Positions 1 through 8,989 of a DNA stretch of 64,000 nt are shown in pieces. Source of the DNA: an uncultured Victivallales bacterium (GTDB lineage: Bacteria > Verrucomicrobiota > Kiritimatiellia > UBA8416); NCBI GenBank assembly GCA_964609395.1, contig CAZSRU010000004.1:6263-70262 (forward strand), read 5' to 3'. The notes beneath the pieces were generated by a model. That model was not told the origin of the DNA. It made no database searches and saw only the letters and a list, made by a program, of their open reading frames with translations. Position numbers and translations under genes: made by a program. The first letter of the stretch is position 1. Every line of letters starts with the position of its first letter.

Positions 1-164
1 TCCAGCAGTTTCGGCGTCGCATCAGTGGAACCGTCGTCCACAATCACCCACAGCGCGGGCGGCACGGTCTGCGCACGCACGCTGTCAAGGGTCCGCTGCC
101 CGTAGTCCGCCTCATCGCGGCATGGGGTTATAAGGACGTATTTCGGCTTACCTGCTGTTTTCAT
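1..164 (-). CDS. glycosyltransferase family 2, N-terminal part (gene continues upstream of window)
   Basis: Minus-strand ATG at 162-164 overlapping the TGA of the next gene (ATGA); translation MKTAGKPKYVLITPCRDEADYGQRTLDSVRAQTVPPALWVIVDDGSTDATP is a typical GT2 N-terminus. Confidence 0.55.
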   Translation of the reverse strand, partial: MKTAGKPKYVLITPCRDEADYGQRTLDSVRAQTVPPALWVIVDDGSTDATPKLL

Positions 165-1402
165 CGTGGCCCCCGTTCATGGCTGCTGATGTTGTTTACC
201 ATACGAGCGATATTGACGCCAAGCGCGAATTCACGAGACACCGCCAGACGCCCGCCCTCCGCCAGTGCCTGGCGCCGTGCGGAATCCGTGCAAAGACTGG
301 CCAGCGCCGCCGCGAGCGCGTCGGTCTTCCCCGGGGCAACCATCAGTCCGCTGCGCCCGTCCTCGATCAATTCGCGGATGGCCGGCAGATCGCCACTGAT
401 CACGGTCGCGCCGGCCGCCATGGCCTCCATCAGCACGACAGGGATCCCGTCCCGGTCACCATCGCCGGCGATGCAGCAAGGCAGGGCGAACACGTCGGCA
501 TCGATCATCTCCCGGCGGACCGCCTCGTTGGCCATCGCCCCGGCCAGGCAGATGCGCCCGGCGCAGGGGTGCGCGGCCGCCTGCGCCTGCAGGGCGTCGC
601 GTTCCGGCCCGTCGCCGATCAGGCGCAGTTGCCAGGGGAGATCGCGCAGCACCGGGGCGGCAAGGGCCTCCAGCAGGATATCGAACCCCTTCTTGCGGAC
701 CAGCCGACCGGTCGCCAGCAGGCGCACAACCCCATCGGTGCGCGGCACCCGCGGCGGGAACTCGGCGGGATCCACGCCGCAACGCACGACCGGGTAGTCG
801 GCGTCCGTACGCGGCACAAGCTGCCGGTAGAACTCGCAGTGCCAGGTGCTGATGCAGTTGACGAACGCGGCCCGGCGCAGCTTGACCGCCAACAGCGCCC
901 GGTCGCGGAACAGGTCCGCGGCATGGCCGGTGAAACTGAACGGGATGCCGAGCTGGCGGGCCGTGAAGAGCGCGACGGTGGCCGGAACATGCGCCATGTG
1001 CGCGTGCAGCAGGCTCGGACGAATCGGGCGCAGGCGCCTGGCGAGGGCGAGCGACGCGAACGCCTGGAACAGGGTCTTCGCGCGGGCAGTCAGCCCGCGC
1101 AGGTCATCCGTCGTCAGGGAAAGCCGCAGCCCTTCCGCCAAGGTGCCCATTGCCCGCCAGGGATGGGCGGCCAGCTCGCCAAGCGCGTCGCGGGCCAGTG
1201 CGCCCCCCCCTGCCCCGTACAGCGGGATGACCTCCGCCTTCAGCGCCTCGAGGGCGGCATCCTGCATGTCATCGGAGGAAGCGTTGACCGAGACCACCGG
1301 CACGTCGACCCCGGCGGCACGCAGTCCCAGCACCTCGCGGTAGACAAACGTCTCGGAGAGTTTCGGGAAACTGGCGGCGATGTAGACGACCGGCCCGTTC
1401 AT
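161..1402 (-). CDS. glycosyltransferase family 1 (GT4-like)
   Basis: 413-aa ORF; GT-B fold signatures incl. C-terminal E-x7-E region (VFALPCCIAGDGDRDGIPVVLMEAMAAGATVISGD); 4-nt overlaps with neighbours indicate operon. Confidence 0.8.
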   Translation of the reverse strand: MNGPVVYIAASFPKLSETFVYREVLGLRAAGVDVPVVSVNASSDDMQDAALEALKAEVIPLYGAGGGALARDALGELAAHPWRAMGTLAEGLRLSLTTDDLRGLTARAKTLFQAFASLALARRLRPIRPSLLHAHMAHVPATVALFTARQLGIPFSFTGHAADLFRDRALLAVKLRRAAFVNCISTWHCEFYRQLVPRTDADYPVVRCGVDPAEFPPRVPRTDGVVRLLATGRLVRKKGFDILLEALAAPVLRDLPWQLRLIGDGPERDALQAQAAAHPCAGRICLAGAMANEAVRREMIDADVFALPCCIAGDGDRDGIPVVLMEAMAAGATVISGDLPAIRELIEDGRSGLMVAPGKTDALAAALASLCTDSARRQALAEGGRLAVSREFALGVNIARMVNNISSHERGPR

Positions 1403-1917
1403 GATGCCGCCTTTCCCGGCAGGATCCGCGCCGGTATGCCGACGGCGGTACAGCCGGGCGGCACATCGTCGAGCACGACGCTCATCGCCCCGATCACGGC
1501 CCCGCGTCCGATGCGGATCGGCCCCAGGATCTGGGCGTAGGCTCCGACGTTCACGTCGTCCTCCAGCACGGGCACGCCGCCACCATCGGTCTTGTTGCCG
1601 ATCGTGACGCCCTGGCGCAGCGTGCAGCCGGCACCGATGCGGGCATCCGTGTGGATGAAGATGTTGCCGAAATGATGGATGCGCAATCCCGGCCCGATCT
1701 CGCAGTGCTTGTTGAAGCTGATGCCCGTGAGGGTCTCGACGATGCGGAACAGGAACCAGTAGAGGCGGTCGTTGAACCGCCGACGCCAGCCCGGCGGACG
1801 CTGGTCGTTGCCCCGCCCGAAGCGATAGAGCCGGATCGCCCAGAGCGATTGCTCACGCTTGAAGGCGCGATCGGGATACCGCGCGCGGTCGGCCAGGTAT
1901 GCCTCGCGTTGATTCAT
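1399..1917 (-). CDS. hexapeptide-repeat acetyltransferase (serine O-acetyltransferase/WcaB-like)
   Basis: Table ORF 1399..2316 trimmed to internal ATG 1915-1917 (MNQREAYL...) which overlaps stop of upstream GT2 by ATGA; left-handed beta-helix hexapeptide repeats (GAGCTLRQGVTIGNK...VNVGAYAQILGPIRIGRGAVIGAMSVV). Confidence 0.75.
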   Translation of the reverse strand: MNQREAYLADRARYPDRAFKREQSLWAIRLYRFGRGNDQRPPGWRRRFNDRLYWFLFRIVETLTGISFNKHCEIGPGLRIHHFGNIFIHTDARIGAGCTLRQGVTIGNKTDGGGVPVLEDDVNVGAYAQILGPIRIGRGAVIGAMSVVLDDVPPGCTAVGIPARILPGKAAS

Positions 1918-2939
1918 GACTTGTACTCGATGATCTTGATGACACGTCCCTCGCGCCGGTCCCGGCGGTAGCGCCGCTGGCCGGCAACCTGCGCCCATTT
2001 GCCGATCATGGTGAAAACCCCGTATTCGAGGGCGGCCACGGTGGAGGCGGCACGGCGGCGGACCCCGCGGGCGATACGCAACGCCTGGAACACCTGCAGC
2101 CCCGCCGCGGCCGCAAGACCGGCCAGCGCACCGGGCCAGCCCGCGGCAAGGGCCCCGGCCGACGTCAGCAGGACGACCAGCCACAGCCAGCGCACCGTCC
2201 AGGAAACCGCGCTGGTCGTGAGGTGCCCGAACGGGATATCGGCATCCGGAACGGTTCCCGCCAGCCGGGTACGCACGTCCAGGGCGCCATACCCCCCGCG
2301 CAGGGTGCGCCGCCACCAGGCACCAAACGCCAGGATGGCGGCATCATGCAACGTCATTTCGGCATCGATCCGGTCGATGCCCCATCCGGCCTGGCGCAGT
2401 CGCAGGCAAAGCTCCGGTTCCTCGCCGGCGATCAGCGACTCGTTATAGCCGCCAACGGCGGCAAGGGCCTCGATCCGCATCAGGGCGTCACCGCCACAGG
2501 ACAAGGCCGGACCGACGGGCGTATTCCACTCGGTGTCGCAGAGGCGGTTGTAGACGGATTTGGCGGGATAACGCTCGCGGCGGCGCCCGCAGACGGCGGC
2601 ACTCCGGGGGTGCGCCTCCAGCCAGGCACGAGCCTGTCCGAGCCAGGTTCCGACAAGTTCGCAATCGCCATCGACAAGCTGCACGAGCCGGATACCGGGG
2701 CGGCATTCACGCAGGCGGGCGATGCCGGCATTGCGGGCGCGCGCCATGGAGAACGGGCTGGACATATCCAGCTCCACCACCTCGGCCCCGACGGACCGGG
2801 CAAAGGCGACACTACCGTCGGTGGATCCGGAGTCGACATAGACGATCACCTCGCAGCGACCGGCAAGCGAGCGCAGGCAGCGCTGCAGGCGCTCGCCCTC
2901 GTTGCGGGCAATGGCGACGGCTCCAATCGGTTCAGACAT
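1914..2939 (-). CDS. glycosyltransferase family 2
   Basis: 341-aa ORF, N-terminal GT-A domain (AVAIARNEGERLQRCLRSL...VYVDSGSTDGS), C-terminal TM helices; start overlaps stop of FemAB-like gene by 8 nt. Confidence 0.8.
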   Translation of the reverse strand: MSEPIGAVAIARNEGERLQRCLRSLAGRCEVIVYVDSGSTDGSVAFARSVGAEVVELDMSSPFSMARARNAGIARLRECRPGIRLVQLVDGDCELVGTWLGQARAWLEAHPRSAAVCGRRRERYPAKSVYNRLCDTEWNTPVGPALSCGGDALMRIEALAAVGGYNESLIAGEEPELCLRLRQAGWGIDRIDAEMTLHDAAILAFGAWWRRTLRGGYGALDVRTRLAGTVPDADIPFGHLTTSAVSWTVRWLWLVVLLTSAGALAAGWPGALAGLAAAAGLQVFQALRIARGVRRRAASTVAALEYGVFTMIGKWAQVAGQRRYRRDRREGRVIKIIEYKS

Positions 2940-4056
2940 CCATCCCCTCCTCTTCCGTGACCGGAGTTGCCCGTTGCCGGTAGTAGGCGCCCAGCAGCCC
3001 CGCGCGGGTGGTCATCCGCCGTGCATGCTCCTTCCAGCGGCGGGCTGTACGCCAGGCCCTGGTCCGCCAACCGGGACGATCATGGATCAGACGGAAATGC
3101 AGTACCGGACGGGCTCCGATATAGTCCTTGAACAATGTCAGATTGAGACGGGGCGACCCGCCGAAGTTGATGGAGAGAGGTGCGCCCCATTCCTGCCGCA
3201 TGGCGAGCGAGACCTTCCAGTAGAGCGCCGGGATCACCGTATGGGCCTCGGGATCCGCCTGGTAGGCGCAGCGCCACAGGTAGACCGTGCGGTCGTCACG
3301 GCTGAGCAGCGCGATAACCGCCGCCTTGAGTTCACCCTCGGCGGTTCTGGCGGTGAAGAGACGGCCAGTATCCCATGCGTGCAGCTCCTTCATCCGGCGG
3401 CGCAGGTCCGCATCCCAGCAAGGGAGCGGCACCCAGTCGAACTTGGTGATCAGTTGCCGGTAGAGGACCAGGAATTCATCCACAGCCTGCCCCCAGGTTT
3501 CAAAGCCGAACCGCAGCGTTTCCATTGATCGCCTGATCAGGCGACGCTTCTCGCGGTTCATGCGGTCCCAGACCTGGTCCGGATCATCCATGTCCCACAC
3601 ATGCGTGTATAGCGGCACCGCCGCCCACCCGGCATAGAGGAACGGGCGCACATCCGTCACGGCAGGATGCGTCTCGGCCTCGATGATGTCGATGAAGCCG
3701 GACTGGGCGGCAGCCAGCGCCTGCATGACATCGATGCGCTCGCGGGCGTGGTGGACGGAGCCGGACTCCAGTTCCGGGTGCAGGAAAGGACCGGCGTAGA
3801 AGAACTCGAAATAGGTTGAATAGCGGAATCCCGCGCGAGTCCGGTATGGCAACGCCCATGCACCACGCATGGTGCCATCGGTGCCGAAGACTGCCACACG
3901 GTGAAAACAGACGCCATAGGAATCCGTCCGCGCGATCATTTCCAGGCATGCACTGCGCAGGAAACTGTTGGCGGCGGGTGCTATCCCGACCAATGCGTCC
4001 CAGGCTGTGTCATGCACGGCGCTCACGGTCACGGACTGGCAGGAAGCCAGAATCAT
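2932..4056 (-). CDS. FemAB-family/GNAT-fold protein (type found in exosortase/PEP-CTERM-associated EPS loci)
   Basis: Table ORF 2932..5229 is over-extended (antisense to the kinase gene); plausible start ATG 4054-4056 preceded by GGAGGG; ~374 aa with FemAB-like length and motifs. Confidence 0.55.
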   Translation of the reverse strand: MILASCQSVTVSAVHDTAWDALVGIAPAANSFLRSACLEMIARTDSYGVCFHRVAVFGTDGTMRGAWALPYRTRAGFRYSTYFEFFYAGPFLHPELESGSVHHARERIDVMQALAAAQSGFIDIIEAETHPAVTDVRPFLYAGWAAVPLYTHVWDMDDPDQVWDRMNREKRRLIRRSMETLRFGFETWGQAVDEFLVLYRQLITKFDWVPLPCWDADLRRRMKELHAWDTGRLFTARTAEGELKAAVIALLSRDDRTVYLWRCAYQADPEAHTVIPALYWKVSLAMRQEWGAPLSINFGGSPRLNLTLFKDYIGARPVLHFRLIHDRPGWRTRAWRTARRWKEHARRMTTRAGLLGAYYRQRATPVTEEEGMDV

Positions 4057-4248
4057 CGGGAACCCTCCGGTTACGGTGCAACCTTCATCGTTAGGGGAAG
4101 AATAGCAGGTTGCACAAAACCTGCAAACACAATCGTCTTGAGAATCGCATTGCATGACGCCCAGATTCACGCTAGATTCCCCGGCATCGTGGAGGGTCGA
4201 TCCGCGGACGGTACAATCATGACAGCGCCCACAACAGAAGGATTCGGC

Positions 4249-5688
4249 ATGAGCAACGCAGTTTCCGGAGCAGGGATGGCGATTAGGAGCGACTTCAAGG
4301 AGGTCTGCGACGAGCGCTCCTGCCGCGTCCTGATGGATGTGCCGACGGTGGCCGTGCAGGGTTACCTCGCCGACGGGACCACCGTGTTCTGGAACCGCGC
4401 CTCGGAACGGTTTTACGGGTTTACGGCCGAGGAGGCCATCGGGCGCCCGCTGACCGACCTGATCATCCCCCCCGAGATGCACGACCATGCCAGGAAAGGC
4501 ATCCGGGAAATGGTCGAGACCGGCAAGGCGGTTCCGGCAGGGGAACTGATGCTGATGCGCAAGGACGGCTCGCGCATCCCGGTCTACTCCAGCCACACCG
4601 TGATCCGGATGGAGGGGGAGACGCCCCAGCTCTTCTGTCTCGATGTCGACCTGACCCGTTGCCGCCAGGCCGAGGAACGGCTCCGAACGATTGTCGATTG
4701 CCAGCTTGAGTTCGGGCACGACACCAGGGCCAACATCAACCGGCTGGTGACGATCTGCGGGCAGGAGATGGATGCCGCCTGCGCCCTCTACAACCGGCTT
4801 GACGAAGGGATGCTCTGCTCCATCGGGCAATGGCACACGCCCCCCGGCTTCCAGGATCGCAACAAGCCGGCAGGGCATATCTGCAACGACGTGATCCGGC
4901 AGGGCGGCGAAGAAGCGGTGGTTATCCGCAACCTGCAGCAATCCGACTACCGGACCACCGACCCGAACGTGGCCAGCTACGGCCTCCAGACCTATGTAGG
5001 CGTTCCCGTCAAGAGCCAGGGCGAGACGGTCGGGTCGCTCTGCGCGGTCTACCAGGTGGACAAGCCGCCGACGCGCGAGCAGACCGACTTCATCAGGCTG
5101 ATCGGCATGGCCATCGGGGTCGAGGAGGAGCGGCAGGAGGCACTGGACCTGAATGAGGCGATTGCAGGCATGCTCCAGTTGCTCCAAAGCCTGGTCGGCT
5201 GCGAGACCGAACTGAATTGGATCCCGCAAGACGGGCTGTGGCTGACGTACATCGATTCAGGACAGGTCGTGCAGATTCTGACCAATCTCTGCGTGAACGC
5301 CCGCGATGCCATCGGCGGCGGAGGTGGCCGCGTCGCGATCACGACCGCCAACGTCGTGCTGGACGAACCCTACTGCTGCACACACGAGCACTGCCGGGCC
5401 GGTGACTATATCAAGCTGACGGTCGGCGACAACGGGTGCGGGATACCGGCAGACGTTCTCGCCCATGTATTCGAACCCTTCTTCACGACCAAGCCGGCAG
5501 GCAAGGGTACCGGTCTCGGCCTGTCAACGGTCTACGGGATCATCAAGCAGAACAACGGTTGCATCACCCTCTCCAGCCGTCCGGGGGACGGGACCGTGGT
5601 CGATATCTACCTGCCGCGACATACCGGGTCCCTTCCGACCGGGGACGCGTCGGATTCGGCAGGCGGAGGGGCGGAGCCATGCCGGTGA
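4249..5688 (+). CDS. PAS-GAF sensor protein with HATPase_c (GHKL) domain but no recognisable H-box
   Basis: ATG 4249 preceded by AGAAGGA (alt. ATG 4219); PAS ([22 protein letters not shown]), GAF, then X-region directly followed by N/G1/G2 boxes ([25 protein letters not shown]); region homologous to the DHp helix-1/His of the paralog at 18096-20075 (VAHDFNNML) is absent. Confidence 0.7.
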   Translation: MSNAVSGAGMAIRSDFKEVCDERSCRVLMDVPTVAVQGYLADGTTVFWNRASERFYGFTAEEAIGRPLTDLIIPPEMHDHARKGIREMVETGKAVPAGELMLMRKDGSRIPVYSSHTVIRMEGETPQLFCLDVDLTRCRQAEERLRTIVDCQLEFGHDTRANINRLVTICGQEMDAACALYNRLDEGMLCSIGQWHTPPGFQDRNKPAGHICNDVIRQGGEEAVVIRNLQQSDYRTTDPNVASYGLQTYVGVPVKSQGETVGSLCAVYQVDKPPTREQTDFIRLIGMAIGVEEERQEALDLNEAIAGMLQLLQSLVGCETELNWIPQDGLWLTYIDSGQVVQILTNLCVNARDAIGGGGGRVAITTANVVLDEPYCCTHEHCRAGDYIKLTVGDNGCGIPADVLAHVFEPFFTTKPAGKGTGLGLSTVYGIIKQNNGCITLSSRPGDGTVVDIYLPRHTGSLPTGDASDSAGGGAEPCR

Positions 5689-8600
5689 GGATACGGGGAC
5701 TGACGGGAACAGCGGGACGTCGCGCCCGATGGCGCCAGATGCTGGTGGTCCTGCTGGCATTGACGGCGGCGGCAGGGGTGTTTATCGCCAGGACGATACA
5801 CCAGGTCGATCAGGCGATGCGCGACGAGTGGTGCCAGCGCACCGTGCAGGCGGCACACACGCTGGCAGGCGACACCGTCGAGGCAATCAACGCCGACAAG
5901 ACGGGCAAGCAGGACACGGAGGCCCGACTGCGGCTCGGCATCCGCCTGGCCTCGTTCCGTGCCGCCACTCCAGACTGGGGCTTCGCCTTCCTGCGGACCC
6001 GCCCGCCAACCGGGCGTCTCCTCGCCTCCGCAGGCACCGTACCCACCTGCATGCTGCTGGGCCGCCCGCTTGGAGAGCAGGCGGAAGCGGTCAAGGCGGC
6101 CAGCACCAGAGCGCTCGAGACGGGACATGGCGTGGTCATCGGTCCGTACACCATCGAAGCAGGACGTTTTGTCAGTGCATTCGCACCGGTACGCGAGGCT
6201 CCGGGAGGCGAGGTGGTCGCTATTCTCGTGATCGGGATCGACGCCTATCGCTGGAAACAGGAACTCGTGCAGCGCACGGCACAGCCCGTCATCTTCTCGC
6301 TCGCACTCCTGGGCGCGATCGTCACGCTGGTATCGAGCCATCTCGCCCGGGTCGGCATCCGGGATCGCGAGGCATTCCTGCGGACCACCATCAACGCGCT
6401 GGCACAGCCGTTCCTGGTGATCAATGCCGACACACACCAGGTCGAGGTGGCAAACGCGGCGGCAGGCGGCGACGCCGTGATCGGCCAGTCTTGCCACAGC
6501 ACCATCATGGGCCGGGAGGCTCCTTGCAGCGGCGAGCATATCCCCTGTCCGCTGGAGCGGCTGCGGCTGGAGCGGAAACCGGTCGTCGTCGAGCACACCG
6601 ACCTTGCGCAACCGGAGGCACCCCGGTATTCCGAGGTGCATGCCCACCCGATCCTCGACGGGCGCGGGAGGCTCGCGCATATCATCGAGCACCGTATCGA
6701 CATCACCGACCGCAAGCGGGCCGAGTTCGAACTGCTCCGGCAGACCCGGATGCAGGAAATCCTCACCTCGATTTCCGCGACCTACATCAACCTTCCGCCG
6801 GAACTGGCGGACACGGCCATCGAGCGTTCCCTTGGGGAGCTGGGCACCTTCGTCGGTGCCGAACGCGTCTACCTGTTCGACTATGACTTCGCGCAGCAGG
6901 TCTGCACCAATACCCATGAGTGGTGCGCCGATGGCATCGCCCCGCAGATCAACGAGCTTCAGGCCGTGCCGATCGCGATGGTCGAGGACTGGGTGGCAAC
7001 CCACCGGCAGGGGCGCGTCATGCTGATCGAGGACGTCTCGGCACTGCCACCGGACAACGGCGTACGGCAGATCCTCGAGCCACAGGGGATCAAGAGCCTG
7101 ATCGCCGTACCCCTGATGGATGGCGATGCCTGCCTCGGGTTTGTCGGGTTCGATTCGGTTCGACGGCATCATGCGTATACCGAGTCCGAACAACGGCTGC
7201 TGACCGTGTTCGCGCAGATGCTGGTCAATGTCCGCAAGCGGCGGGACATGGTGGCCGCGCTGCATCAGAGCCGCGAGGAGGCGGAAGCAGCCAACCAGGC
7301 AAAGAGCGCGTTCCTGGCTAACATGAGCCACGAGATCCGCACCCCGATGAACGGGGTGATCGGCATGACCGACCTGCTGCTGGATTCGGAATTAACGGCG
7401 GTCCAGCGGCGCTATGCCGAAACCGCAGTGGCCTCGGCGGAGTCGCTGCTGGCCTTGATCAACGATATCCTCGACTTCTCGAAGATCGAGGCCGGGAAGC
7501 TGGATCTGGAGTCGCTTGATTTCGACCTGCGGGATGTCATGGACGAGGCCGTCATGCCGCTGGCGCTGCGCGCACAGGGAAAGGGTGTGGAGTTCATCTG
7601 CGCGATCGCGCCCGATGTGCCGGCCCGCTTGCGCGGGGACCCGGTACGCTTGCGGCAGGTGCTGGTCAACCTGACGGGCAACGCCGTCAAATTCACAGAG
7701 AAGGGCGAAATCGCGGTCCAGGCGGAGTGGATCGGAGAGAGGGCGGTCACCGACCTGCCCTCGACAGCGCCCGATGCGGGAGGGGGAACCGGCAGGCCGG
7801 TCGAGATCCGTTTCTCCGTACGGGACACCGGCATCGGCATTCCGGACACCAAGATGGAGCACCTGTTCCAGAAGTTCAGCCAGGTGGACACCTCGACCAC
7901 GCGGCGCTACGGCGGCACCGGGTTGGGGCTGGTCATCGCCAAGCAGCTCGCCGAGATGATGGGTGGCCGCATCGGGGTGGATTCGGAACCCGGCAAGGGC
8001 TCCACCTTCTGGTTTACCGCCTGCTTCGAGAAGGCGGCGACGACCAATACGCCCAGTAAGCCGGCGGAGGACAGCCCGGCTACACTGCCGCACGCGCACA
8101 TCCTGATCGTCGACGACAACGCGACCAACCGGGAGGTGCTCTCCGCCCAGTTGCAGGCTTGGAGCATGAGGACAAAGAAGGCCGACGACGGTCCATCGGC
8201 CCTGGAGGTCATACGCCGGATGCATGCCGGCGGCGACCCGTTCCAGGCGGCGATCCTGGACATGCAGATGCCAGGCATGGACGGCATGGCACTGGCCCGC
8301 GTGGTGCAGGCGGATCCCGCGTATGCAGGTGTGAAGCTGATCCTGCTGACGTCCATCGGTTACCAGGGCAGCGCGGAGCAGGTTCGTCAGGCGGGGTTCT
8401 GCGCGTGGCTGACGAAACCGGCCCGCCAGTCTGACCTGTACAACAGCCTGGCCGAGGCTCTCACACCGGACAGGGCGGACGCCGGCACCCCGGTACCGGA
8501 AATGCCAGCCACTCCGGTTGCATTGCAGACAGGTGGCGGGCGCGTCCTGCTGGTGGAGGACAACCCGGTCAACCGCATGGTGGCGGAAACGATGCTTGAT

Positions 8601-8972
8601 CGTCTCGGGATCGGCCATGTCTCGGCGTCGGACGGCGCGGAAGCACTTGCCGAACTGGCCCGCACCCCCTGCGACCTGGTGCTTATGGACGTGCAGATGC
8701 CGGTCATGGACGGGCTCGAGGCGACACGCAGGATCAGGAGCCAGGAGGCGGAGAACAGAGGGCAGAGGGCTGAGGGCAGAGGGCAGGAGGTCGGAGGGCA
8801 GGAGACAGCCGGGGCGAAGCGTCTGCCGATCATCGCCATGACGGCTAACGCCTTCGCGGAAGACCGCGAACAGTGCATCGCGGCCGGGATGGACGATTAC
8901 ATGACCAAACCGGTTTCCTTCCACGCGCTGGCGGCAATGCTGGCGAAGTGGCTGCCCGGCAGCGCGTCTTAA
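5679..8972 (+). CDS. hybrid sensor histidine kinase (TM-periplasmic sensor-TM-PAS-GAF-HisKA-HATPase-REC-REC)
   Basis: Start ATG 5679 after GGAGGGGCGGAGCC, overlaps previous stop by 8 nt; H-box [17 protein letters not shown]; two receiver domains ([15 protein letters not shown]..., [14 protein letters not shown]...[13 protein letters not shown]). Confidence 0.85.
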   Translation: MPVRIRGLTGTAGRRARWRQMLVVLLALTAAAGVFIARTIHQVDQAMRDEWCQRTVQAAHTLAGDTVEAINADKTGKQDTEARLRLGIRLASFRAATPDWGFAFLRTRPPTGRLLASAGTVPTCMLLGRPLGEQAEAVKAASTRALETGHGVVIGPYTIEAGRFVSAFAPVREAPGGEVVAILVIGIDAYRWKQELVQRTAQPVIFSLALLGAIVTLVSSHLARVGIRDREAFLRTTINALAQPFLVINADTHQVEVANAAAGGDAVIGQSCHSTIMGREAPCSGEHIPCPLERLRLERKPVVVEHTDLAQPEAPRYSEVHAHPILDGRGRLAHIIEHRIDITDRKRAEFELLRQTRMQEILTSISATYINLPPELADTAIERSLGELGTFVGAERVYLFDYDFAQQVCTNTHEWCADGIAPQINELQAVPIAMVEDWVATHRQGRVMLIEDVSALPPDNGVRQILEPQGIKSLIAVPLMDGDACLGFVGFDSVRRHHAYTESEQRLLTVFAQMLVNVRKRRDMVAALHQSREEAEAANQAKSAFLANMSHEIRTPMNGVIGMTDLLLDSELTAVQRRYAETAVASAESLLALINDILDFSKIEAGKLDLESLDFDLRDVMDEAVMPLALRAQGKGVEFICAIAPDVPARLRGDPVRLRQVLVNLTGNAVKFTEKGEIAVQAEWIGERAVTDLPSTAPDAGGGTGRPVEIRFSVRDTGIGIPDTKMEHLFQKFSQVDTSTTRRYGGTGLGLVIAKQLAEMMGGRIGVDSEPGKGSTFWFTACFEKAATTNTPSKPAEDSPATLPHAHILIVDDNATNREVLSAQLQAWSMRTKKADDGPSALEVIRRMHAGGDPFQAAILDMQMPGMDGMALARVVQADPAYAGVKLILLTSIGYQGSAEQVRQAGFCAWLTKPARQSDLYNSLAEALTPDRADAGTPVPEMPATPVALQTGGGRVLLVEDNPVNRMVAETMLDRLGIGHVSASDGAEALAELARTPCDLVLMDVQMPVMDGLEATRRIRSQEAENRGQRAEGRGQEVGGQETAGAKRLPIIAMTANAFAEDREQCIAAGMDDYMTKPVSFHALAAMLAKWLPGSAS
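8752..8806 (+). repeat. intragenic tandem heptamer tract (AGAGGGC)n in second receiver domain of kinase 5679-8972
   Basis: gagaacAGAGGGCAGAGGGCTGAGGGCAGAGGGCAGGAGGTCGGAGGGCAGGAG encodes low-complexity insert [21 protein letters not shown] after RRIRSQEA. Confidence 0.6.
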
Positions 8973-8989
8973 CCGCCCCCTCAGAGAAA

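Noticed and set aside
179-1540. Long + strand ORFs antisense to annotated genes (e.g. 179..1540 453 aa, 5465..6886 473 aa, 5607..7331 574 aa, 7392..9125 577 aa, 10013..11143, 25735..27735 666 aa, 35222..37192 656 aa, 45722..46942, 46948..48345)
   Set aside because: Typical high-GC antisense frame artefacts. Arg/Pro/Gly-rich low-complexity translations with no motifs and no RBS. They overlap well-supported genes on the other strand.
4095-4120. Possible sigma-54 promoter (ttgcac-N6-ctgca) upstream of the kinase gene
   Set aside because: Correct spacing, but the -24 element has TG instead of the essentially invariant GG. No enhancer-binding-protein gene is nearby. Kept as unconfirmed.
2932-5229. 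765-aa minus-strand ORF as a single gene
   Set aside because: Its N-terminal 390 codons are antisense to the PAS-GAF kinase gene and have no protein-like features. The real FemAB-like CDS starts at ATG 4054-4056 with a GGAGGG RBS.
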